Source: the human T2T-CHM13v2.0 reference genome, Homo sapiens
Length of the DNA stretch: 64,000 bases
Direction: 5' to 3' (one strand)
Assembly (NCBI RefSeq): GCF_009914755.1
Contig: NC_060935.1
The notes below the pieces were generated by a model. That model was not told where the DNA came from. It saw only the letters and a program-made list of their open reading frames with translations, and made no database searches. Positions 53,506 through 64,000 of the stretch are shown here, one piece after another; the stretch's first letter is position 1, and each line of letters opens with the position of its first letter. A program made the translations under genes and the position numbers.

Positions 53506-54599
53506 CCTGGCACATCTGTGAATTAAGCCCAGACTTGTGGCCTCAGTAGCAGTTGGGAACTGACCAGATCCCTCTCCTTGAGCATGCCGTTGAGTGATCG
53601 CAAGAGGGAGGGCGGTGGAACTTGGGGAGGCTACGCAACCTGTCTGGGATCTCAGAGCCAGGGCATATTGGCAGTGGGAACAGACTCAGGTCTTGGAATC
53701 CTTCCTCTTCCCCCAAGCTGCCTCTTTAACTAGCACATTTGTGCTGCAGTAACTCAAGCTCCCCCAGAGACTGTTGATTGAACAAATCTCTGGTCATGCT
53801 CAGGCTCTTTGACACAGTTTTCTTGACAAGATCCAGTGTCAGACTGTGTGATGTGACCCCCTCCCCCCAAAAAATGATGAGACCAATACTTAACCACAAG
53901 CCACCACCAATTCTGCTGTGGCCAGAGACTAGGGCAAAGACAAACACTTATCAGTCAGCAAAAGAGATATGTTCAGAACATTCTGATGCACAGGTTGAAA
54001 AGCCAAACAGGTTTTGAGCATGCATAAGGAGCTGGCAGACAGAGATCTTAGCAGGGTCTTCCCTGGGGAACTTAACTTGTGTTTCCTTTTTTGTGGATAG
54101 AGTAAGAAATCTCTCTAGCCATCTTGGGGAGGGCAGGGGACCCTGACAGATTAATTTGGAAAAAATGTTAGTTTGTTCCCTATTCCAAAGACAAATAGGA
54201 TGGGGCTTTTCTTTCTGGTGCCTGGGCATCTTTGCCCCTAAAGAGAGCTGGCTGGCTTTTTGGGCTTTTTGACATTCCCATGAGCTCTTTCCTGTCCAGC
54301 TGCTCTGAACCCTGTGATATGTTGGGACCTTGGGGTTTTTGGAGGATAATGGTACTAAGGGGACCTGGTGGTCTCAGTGGTCTAATGGGGAACACCAGAG
54401 GCAAAATATAGCACTGAGAAGACTCCTTTCCTTCCAAGTTCATGAAGGCTTGGGTGGGAAGTTGGGAACATAAGACTCTGTCACATCAGGAGCCCAGCAC
54501 TGGACAGCTTGCCATGGGCCAGCAGCTGCCTATGATGCAAAATGGCAGTAACCACAGCAGTGGATTGAACAATAACAGAGACTTTCCATACTTGAGAGG

Positions 54600-55056
54600 T
54601 GTTATAGGTCAAACAGCATTGCCCAAAATTGATATGTTGAAATCCTAACCCCTAGTACCTTAGAATGTGACCTTATTTGGAAACAGGGGCATTGCAGATG
54701 TAATTAGTTTAGTTAGGATGAGGTTATACTGAAGTAGGGCAGGCCCCTAATCCAATATGACTCGTGTTCTCCTAAGCAGTGGAAATAGTGACACAGACAT
54801 GCACACAGGGAGAATGTCATGTGAAGATGAAGGCAGAGACTGGGGGATGCCTCTATATACGAAGGAATGCCCAAGGTTGCCAGCAAACCCCCAGAAGCTA
54901 ATGGAGAGGCATGGAACAAGTCTTTCTCACAGCTCTTGAAAGGAAGCAACCCTGCTGACACCTGCCTTTCAGACTTCTAGCCTCCAGATGGGACACTATG
55001 TTGTTTAAGCCACCCAGTTTTTGGTACAGTCTTATGGAACCTAGCAAACTAATACA
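54600..55056 (+). mobile_element. MLT1C-like solo LTR
   Basis: tgttatagg...gaatgtgaccttatttggaaacagg...ccagcaaacccccagaagcta...gcaaactaataca. Confidence 0.85.
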
Positions 55057-56110
55057 GGAGTAGGAGCCGGAGAGACCTTTTTATGCGGGAGAGGATTGTA
55101 TACATTTCCTTGGTTCTAGGACAAGGTGGGGAAGAGGAACTAGGGAAAGGGATCATAAGAGAACCATCTGGACATGCCCCAATCTCTGTGTGAAAGCTCA
55201 AGTCAGTTTAAATTTGACTTGAGAAAGAGAGGACTGTGCTATAACTCCCCCAGCCCCGTGAGTATGATGTTGAAGCATCTTTTCCCATTACATGAAGGAC
55301 ATAAGCACAGAGGTAGAAGCACACAGAGGTCAGAGAGGCATCTTCTCCTATCTTACCTGTGAGAAGATAAAAGCCCAGAGAGGGGAAGAATTTGTGTCAG
55401 AGTCCCACAGCAGGAAAGGGTAGAGAGGGCCTAGAACCTTGGTATCTACAAATGTCCTTCTCCAAATATCAGCATGCCTCACCCAGTATATGGTATTTGT
55501 GTGAAATGCTAATGCCTCTGTGGGCACAACTGCATATTTAGACATCCTTAAGAAGGAAAGGCAGCTGGAAAGTGGATCTTTGCATTTCACAAAGTATTTC
55601 AGAGCCAGGATGAGTGAGGATTATCTTCCAAGACTGTGCCTTCCTAGAGGGAAACCCAGCCATGGAAACGCTGTGGAGTAGAAAGTAAGTGGTTAGTGCC
55701 TAAACAAAAGCTTTGATCTATGAAACGATTAACCGTTGGGTTCCTTTAAATAGAGAGTCCCCATAGACTGATTAAATATGGTGTTTTAGAAATCTTTAAC
55801 AACTGGGGAAGGAGAGAGGAAGAGGATCTGGGAAACAGAGTTCCATTCTAGGGTTGGGAGCCACATGTCTTGGAAGACAATCAGACAGGGGGATTGGTTG
55901 AATAAATGGATAAGAATTTATCTTATCCATTTATTGCTTGCTGTAGAACGTAGCCTAAAATAATTGTGTAAGTTAATGAGCAAAGAAGAGTCAGCTTTTG
56001 GACAAATCTTCATTAACATAGCTAATGCTGATTGACATTTTCCATTTACTGTTTTTCACATTTCAAAGCACTTCCCCAACAATTCTCTAACAAGCTAAAA
56101 TTCTCTAAGC

Positions 56111-56556
56111 TGGGGTAACCAAGTACTTTGCCATCCAAAGCAGGTCACTTTTGAGGGTGAAAGGAAGCATTCTTTGATTGTTGTTTGCTTGTTTGAGACA
56201 AGGTCTTGCTCCGTTACTTAGGCTGCAGTGCAGTGATGTGATCATAGCGCATTATAAATTTGAATTCCTGGACTTAAGGGATCCTTTCACCTCAGCTTTC
56301 TGAGTAGCTGGGACTACAGGCACGTGCCACCACACCTGACTAATTTTTATTTATTTTTTGTAGAGACAGGGTCTTACTACGTTTCCCAGGCTGGTCTGAA
56401 ACCCCTGGCTCAAATGATCCTCCAGCCTCGGCCTCCCAAAATGCTGGGATCACAGGCATGAGTCAATGCACCTAGTCAGCACTGTTAATAATTACACTGG
56501 ATCAGCAGATGTAAACCAGGGCTGTCCTAGGCAAACGGGGGCATGATCAGCCCACT
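56111..56556. mobile_element. MER94-like hAT-Blackjack MITE split by an AluJ
   Basis: ggggtaacca...acttttgagggtgaaagg, then ttaataattacactgg...gtaaaccagggctgtcctaggcaaac. Confidence 0.65.
56175..56477 (-). mobile_element. AluJ
   Basis: Antisense dimer with J-type features. Degenerate TSD agcattctt / agcactgtt. Confidence 0.88.
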
Positions 56557-56891
56557 ACAGCCTCCTAAAGAGACTGGGTGACCAGGGACACCGTTATTCA
56601 TTCACTTATCCATTTATTCAACCAATCCCCCAAACCAGCCCCTTCTACTTTACCCCTATCCATTCAGTTACTCAAATAAAAACATAGGTCATTCTCAATT
56701 CTTTGCTTTCCCTCACAGACCATGTTCCTCCCCAACTCCAATCCATCAGCAAATCCTGCTAACCCTATCTGCAAGTTATATCCCACGTGGCCTTCTCCTT
56801 TGTGTCCTTCTCTGATTTCATCCCTGACTTAGGCATCATCAATTCTTGCTTAGACAACAGCAGGAGTGTTCTAATTCATCTTTTCTGTTCC

Positions 56892-57165
56892 TTTTTTTTT
56901 TTTTTTTGAGTCAGGGTCTCTATCTGTCACCCAGGCTGGAGTGTTGTGGTGTGATCTTGGCTCACTGCAACCTCTGCCTCAACCTTCAGAGTAGCTGGGA
57001 TTACAAGTGTGCACCACCACGCCCAGCTAAATTTTTTGTATTTTTAGTAGAGACGGAGTTTCTCCGTGTTGGCCAGGCTGGTCTGCAACTCCTGACCTCA
57101 ACTGATTCGCCTGCCTCGGCCTCCCAAAGTGCTGGGATTACAGGCGTGAGCCACCGTGCCTGGCC
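56892..57165 (-). mobile_element. AluS with a short internal deletion, inserted in L2
   Basis: Antisense dimer lacking the segment normally found between the two ctgcctc repeats near 56980. Confidence 0.88.
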
Positions 57166-58694
57166 CTCGTCTCTCCATTTTCATACTTGTCCTTCTTATA
57201 ATCCATTATTCAAGAAGCAATCAGAGTAATTTTTCCAAAATGTAAATCTCATCATATCTTTTCCTTGCTCAGAATTTTCTAGCAGCTCTCTACTGTACCA
57301 AGAATCAAAAACTAAACTTATTTTGGCCCTAACTTTGTTCAATAAGTATTTGTTAAATAAATGAACACACAGTCGACATGTATTTATTGAGTACATTTTA
57401 TCGACCAGGCTCAGTCAAGGCACATTTTTAGCTTCTGTCACACTTATGTCACCGTTGGAAGGAAAACTTCATCTTTATTCCTGATAGTTATTTCCATGGG
57501 AAGGGAGCCCCATTAGTGTTCTTGTGAGCCATCTTGCCCCTTTGGTCACAGGTAGTGGTATGAGTTACATGAATGGTAAACTGAGGAAGAATATGGTTAT
57601 TCTCGGTTGAGTCTCAATTTTCTTCTTCTTGGCAGTTGGCAACTTTTTTTTATGTTCCTCCAGGAGCTGGCTTATCCTCTGCCTCATCCAACGTGGCCTA
57701 TCACCAGGTGGGTCAGTCTGCCTAATTCTGGGTCCAATTATCAAGCCTATTTAGCTGTTACACTAAGCTAAATTATTCATTATCAATAATAAACATGGTA
57801 TTTTAGCTTTCATCTGCTATCTTCCATTTATTTCTCAACACGCTTAGGACTTAGGTAGAGAAGGGTTGCTACTTATTGGGCTGCCTCAAAGACCTCAGAT
57901 ACCCTTGCAAAACAGGAGAAGCCAGTTGCATAAAGCCTGGTGCAGAGCTGCTGGCAACCCAAGGGTATAGCAATCTGGGACTCGAGAAGTGAAAGCTGTA
58001 ATAGTGCAGTTGCCGCCTGAGCAAGGATCATGTGGGACTCACAGTGAAAACTGAAGTACAAATTTAGCAGCCGCATTTAGCCCAGAAGAATGTCTTCAGG
58101 AATGAATCACGAAGGGAATGTTGTCATTTGTGCAAAGAGACAGAGGGTTATAAGGGAAAAGGTGGCTAGAGAGTCTCATTTATGTTTATGAAAACAGATG
58201 GCCTTTTTGAAAAACAGAAAGCCAAAACAAAAGCATCATTTATTCCAGGAGTTTAGAGATTTTTCTATTGACATCACATAAAAAACCCATCTCTTAAGCT
58301 TTTTAACCCCCTGGGGAATTCATAAATAGCACTTCTTAAAATAAAAGCAAAATGAGTTTTCATAAAGATGTAAGTTACATAAGACTACCTTGGTCTCCCC
58401 GCCCCCACAGCTTATCCTCCCTTTGTCTGTTCTTTGCCCGGGTGCTTCTAAAAACCAACACTCTGCTGGGAGGGGTTTGCAAGAGGTGGCAAAGGTGAAA
58501 CGTTGTACATGATGCTCTCGGGGGAGAGATGTACTGACTCATACCTCCCTATGTCTCAGATACCCCTACAGCAAGTGAAAGACTGGGCTGGAATTTTGAT
58601 TTTGTTTCCTCACTATCTTTAATTTTTTTTTCTTCAACCCATTCTTCCCTTTGTCTTCAGACTGATTTAAAATGAAAAAATCGATGCCTGTGCT

Positions 58695-59212
58695 TACAGC
58701 TACAGCTGTGCCTAGTGCATGTCTTTCATCGGCTCTTCCAGATCCACTGCTCTCCTTTTCCAGCCTGTTCTGTGCCCTGCAAGGCTGCTCTTTAACCACT
58801 GGGTCAACTGGGCTCTCTCTGGCTTGCAGCTGGGTTCAGCCAATGGGAGACTCTGGCAGGAGGTGTGAGGAGGTTGGGAGAAGAATGAGGTTAGGGTTTC
58901 TATTCTCCAGATGACCTCCCTGCTGGGAAATTGCTGTGTTGCTATGTAGGAAGGCACGACTCCTTTGGGCAGCCTTTTGCTACAGCTATCATATTGCTAC
59001 ACCTCTCTCTAAGTTGCAGGAACTTCTCCTTCACCTTGCTCATCAGGTCTAGGAGTGACAGCTCCCAGCTGTTGTTAGCCTCAGGGTACTTTGCCAACCT
59101 TAGTGGTTGTCCTTAATCCTGCTCATACTTTTAAAATAATCCCTTCACTACACTCTCCTCAGCTACCCCATATGACAATGCCACTGTTTCTTGCCAGGAT
59201 CCTAAGTAATAT
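58695..59212 (+). mobile_element. ERVL LTR (LTR33-like)
   Basis: gctgggttcagccaatgggag...gccactgtttcttgccaggatcctaagtaata. Confidence 0.6.
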
Positions 59213-59389
59213 ACTATCTATCTCTATATCAATATCTCTATCTATACATCTGTCTTTATTTGACTTCAAATAGAGCTCTATTTCTTTCTTTGCTGTCCCC
59301 ATCAGACTTCTTGAACAAATACCCTAGAAAGTTTGAGTTCAGCAGGGCATATTGGACCGTCAAACCTGGTGTTAACTAGTACAGGTTTT

Positions 59390-60030
59390 TTAGAGGTTAA
59401 TTTGCCAAAGTATAGCAAAAACCTGTAAAAATGTCCAATGCCTATAGCTGAGAAATTATAATAATTCTAAAAAATATCCCAAGCAAGCCATGGATTTATA
59501 TAAAATTTTTTCCACGGGTGATAGTAAAAACATTTAATGACTGGTATGGGCACTCACTAGTTGAAGTGGGGCAGGTTGTATTAATATGTCAATGCCAACT
59601 GAATATCAGTGCTGGGTACTCATTGTAGTATTGAATAGAAGAATAAATAAAAGGAGGAAACAATCTAAATGTCTAACAGCTAGAGAAATGGGAATAAACT
59701 CTGGCATTCCACAGGACGCAATACAATGCAGCCTTACAAAATAAGCCTAAGAGATGAATATTTAATGACATGGAAAGGTAGACTATATGTTGTTAAATGA
59801 AAAAGAAGATCACAAAATTTAATGTGGAATGCAGTCCTATTTTTAGAAATTAAAGGCAAACTTGTGTGTATATTTACAGAGCTCAACGGTATTTATTTTA
59901 GTGTGGTATGGTAATAGCTACTTTTAAAATTTTCTTCCATTCTCATATCTATAGTTTCTAAATTTTCAAGAAAAAATAAGTATAATTTACTGATGAGGAA
60001 ATATCACAATAAAATATATTTGTAAAAATA
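59390..60030 (+). mobile_element. Old L1ME-type 3' fragment
   Basis: ggaaacaatctaaatgtctaacag...aataaactctggcattccacaggacgcaatacaatgcagcc. Confidence 0.55.
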
Positions 60031-60034
60031 GTCA

Positions 60035-60336
<302 letters not shown>

Positions 60337-61539
60337 TCACCCAACCAAGTTTTAGAGATGTGCTACTCAGATGTTCATAAAATATTTGTTGGGAATCTCT
60401 GATTACAAACTGTTTACTCAATGTACTGCCCATAGGGTCAGTCATTCAACTGATGACTTCTGGTCTCATTAAAGGTGGTTGCATTTCCAAACAGTGAGAT
60501 GCTGATCCAACAGGGTCCTTGGGCCATCTTCTACACTCCATTTACTCCAGTTCTGCTCAATGGCCACTGACTCCTTGCCAAGAAAAAGATGCATTCCACA
60601 CTGAATCTGTTGCCTGAATCCTTAGCAATTCTTTTCAGATGTTCTATCTCCTGAACACTTAATATATTCCTAACAGATTGACTACATGTTATTAATAACT
60701 ATATTGTCTGTCAATCAACACCATCTTCTGAGAGAAACTTTCCAAGTCAGTCATATTAAAAACCCAATTAAAAAAACTATTTAAAAGGCATTCTTTCTCA
60801 ATAGTACTTTTAATTACTTGACACCTAATTATTTACTCCTTCATTTTTTAGTCTGCCTCCTTTTCCAAAGGACTCAGTGAAACTAATTAGCCAACATGAA
60901 GCTGTATGCATATTCATGTGTATGAGAAGATATGTTCCTTTTAATACAGTATTTAGTATATAGTAATATATGTTATATAGTGTATAGTCAGTGATAATAA
61001 TATGGTATTTAGCACATGTAAATACAATCATTTTATTCAGGAAGAGAAAGCACAGACCAAAGAATGCATCTAACATCGGTCTGAAGAACAGAGAAATAAA
61101 TGGGAATTTACTGAGGTTCCTGTAGGAGACCGGTCAGGGTGGGGGCAGGTTCCTTTGGTTTTCTGATTGAAAGGATAACATTGCTTTTACCTCTTGTCCA
61201 GCTAGATTCTCTGCTCTGGTTTCACCCCTTCTCCACTAACCATACCCCTGACAGACTAAACTTCACAATATGCAGACATGACCGTGCCACTTATCTGTTC
61301 TAAGCCCTAACATGGTGACCCGTGGCCTAGAACAGTTGTTTTAAACGAATTGTTTAAACCTTTTTTTTTTCAAAGCAGTGGAAACTTTTCCTCCAAAATA
61401 AAATTTATATTGGTATTCAGTATATAAACAGATAGAAGAACTGTTCTCATTAAAGCAGGGGCAAAGGGTTGGAGCCCCCTTGGTTTTCAAACCTAGTGCA
61501 CCCATCATCCTTACTTTAGTGCTCCTCCACCAGACTGGG

Positions 61540-61671
61540 TCTCTTTTCTCTTTTCTTTCTCCTTTCCTCTCCCTTCCCCTCCCCTCCTTTCCTCTCCTTT
61601 TCTTTTTTTTTCTTTTCTTTCCTTTTCCTTTTCCCTTTCCTCTTCTTTTCTTTTCTTTCTTCTCCCCCTCC
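61540..61671. repeat. Polypyrimidine (CTTTT/CCCTT)n tract
   Basis: About 130 bp of nearly pure C/T. Confidence 0.85.
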
Positions 61672-61689
61672 ATATTTGAAGCCTCTCTG

Positions 61690-62935
61690 AGCACCCATAG
61701 GTATTGCTCTACATTCAGGGATCAAGAATAAACAGACAAAGCCCCTACTTCAATGTTAGAGTCTAAGGTGGAAGTCAGATAACAAACAAAACTCTGACAT
61801 GTTAGGTGATGATCAATATTATGGAGGAAAGTAGAGTGGGATAAGGAGGAAGGAGGGTATGGTTAGGGCGGGAATGTCTCTCTGATAAGGTGGCATTAGG
61901 TAGGAACCTGAAGGGAATGGGGCAGCTATCCCTGCAGGCAGCTAGGACAATAAAGGTCCAGAGGTGCAAGGGTGCCTGGCACGTAGGAGGGGCAGCAAGG
62001 AGGCAGGTGTGGCTAGACAAAGGTGACCCAAGGACTGAGGGAGGAGATGGGAGCACAGCATCAGGGTGGGCCCTGCTGTGACAGATGTGTAGAGCCCCAT
62101 GGGACATGACAGCAATTTTAGCTTTTCCTCTGAGATGGGGAACCTTTAGAAGGTTTTAGGCAGAGGAGTGATGTGAACAGATTGAAGAAGAGCAAAGAGG
62201 AAGCAGGAAGAACAGGTAGGAGGCTCCTGGAATAACCCAGGAGAGAGATGGCCAAGGTGAGGGTGTGAAGGTGAAAGGAAGTAGTCCGATCATATACTTC
62301 ACATACTTTTGAAGGCAGAACTGAAGATATCTGCTGATGGGTTGGATGTGGGATGTGAGAGAAAGGGGAGACAAAGAAACTCTAAGGTGTTTTGCTTGAG
62401 TGAAGCAAGGAATAGAACTAACACAGGAAGAGCAGGTTGGCAAGCAGGTGGGAAAAAATCAGGGAACAGGCTTTGTGCATGTTAGGTTTGAGAAGAGCTG
62501 TTGCCTGTTTAGAGGGATATATAAATTGGAGTTTAGGGCAGAGGTCCAGACTAGAGATATAAATCTGGGCGTCATCGATAGATAGATGGGTTTAAACCTG
62601 GAGGTTGTATAAGATCTCCCAGGGAGTGTAGAACAGAAAGAAGAGCCCTGGGGCACACCTGCATTCAGAGGATTCATGAGGAGGAAGAACCAGTGAAAGA
62701 GGTGGAAGAAGTAGTGAGTAGTGTGGTGAGGCAGAACCAGGGGAGAGCAGAGACCCTCAGCAAACAAAAAGGAAATGCTCCAGAAGGAGCGTGACATCAA
62801 CCACGTAAATAGTTTGAGTCATATGAGGACTGAGCAAGGACCACTGCATATAGCAACATGCAGGTCCTGGGGCCCTTGACAGGAGCAGTGTTGGAAGGAT
62901 AGCGGGGAGAAAGGTTGACTGGAGTTCCTCAAGGG
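61690..62935 (-). mobile_element. L2 (long fragment)
   Basis: tttgaaggcagaactgaagatatctgctgatgggttggatgtggg...agagatataaatctgggcgtcatc. Confidence 0.8.
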
Positions 62936-63497
62936 CAGAGGCCACCTCTCATTCACTTCTGTCTCCCCCACACCCACCCACAGGGTCCAGCACAGTCACA
63001 GTATCTGGCACACAGTAGGCAATAAGAAATAACCGTCAGTGGGTGAGCCATCACCCCCATGAAGCCACCAAACTTTTATTTTTCCCTGTTCATAGGATAC
63101 ACTAATTTCATAGAAATGATCCAGTCTTTTCATATGTGTATGTATCTGGCTAGAAGAAAGTAGCAGAGGAAATCAAATAAAAAATTGTATCTTGCTTCCA
63201 GAAAGTCAGTGAGGGCTGCCCTTATTTACAAAAGACTCCATATTATTTCTGCAGAGTAAGGCTGGTACAAGGACGTCAGTACCTTTAATTGCCTATGCAT
63301 GGAAAATGTTCTAATGTTAGCAACAACAACAATGATGATGATATGCTATATTTTGTACATTTTGGAAGAAGCTATCATATGCATCACCTCACTTCTCCTC
63401 CTTGCCAACTACCTCACAACGTTTGCAAGAGCTGCTGGCCTTACGTAGTCTGCTGAGGGAACTTTGTATTTAAAGAGCACAGCAAACTCTCTTAGGT

Positions 63498-63703
63498 CAG
63501 AAGTCTGCAAACTGCAAACGATGGCCCAGCACATGTTTTTTAAATAAAGTTTTCTTGGAACACAGCCACAACCACTTATTTGCATACTGTCTATATCTGC
63601 TTTCATACCAGAACAGCAGAGTTGAGTAGTTGTGACAGAGTCCCAACAAAGTCAGAAATCTTCACTATCCAGCTCTTTACAGAAAAAGTTTGCTAATAAA
63701 CTG
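63498..63703. mobile_element. MER58A hAT-Charlie MITE
   Basis: aaataaagttttcttggaacacagccac...gcagagttgagtagttgtgacagag...ctttacagaaaaagtttgc. Degenerate 8-bp TSD tcttaggt / ttttagat. Confidence 0.85.
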
Positions 63704-64000
63704 TTTTAGATAAGCTAAACTGGAGGCCTTCAAAACAAGATGATTAAGATAGTCCATTGAAATTTGGGATAAAATATTTGAACATCTCTCTCTTTTTAAT
63801 TTTAAGAAAGGAAGCATTAAACTTACCTAATATTTAGTATATGGATTGAGAATGAGTCATGGATGTAATTTATAAATAAAATTGCAAATACTGAGGATGT
63901 GTACTCAAAAAACATTTATTGTTAAGGACAGATGATAAAAAGTTTGAAGACCAAGCGAGTGATTCAATAAAGAGTTTGACATATAGAAGGTGCTCAAAAT

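Overview
Primate genomic DNA, probably human or ape (AluY, AluS/J, L1PA, L1PB, THE1A, MLT2A/HERV-L). It is intergenic or deep intronic, and I can support no cellular protein-coding exon. Nearly all ORFs in the track come from decayed retroelements or low-complexity sequence. The main structure is a two-LTR HERV-L (MLT2A1-type) provirus at 8188-24130. Its RNase H is split by a near full-length L1PB1, which itself carries two AluY copies. Both LTRs were remodelled after integration at the same microsatellite position. The 5' LTR has a ~76-bp inverted duplication of the U5 end plus PBS, and the 3' LTR has a ~1.8-kb, almost pure A/T, palindromic 30-bp minisatellite. Other nested stacks are hAT MITE > L1MA > L1PA (25439-30408) and L1PB > (TA)n > THE1A (47627-50224), among many MIR, L2, MaLR and hAT fragments. 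Five local copy events are visible directly: two tandem duplications, one inversion-duplication and two templated insertions. I see no evidence of a new protein-coding system. The best leads are the PBS-sequestering hairpin, a possible spliced transcript driven by the 3' LTR, and the templated insertions. Repeat subfamily names come from recalled consensus sequences and need RepeatMasker/Dfam confirmation.
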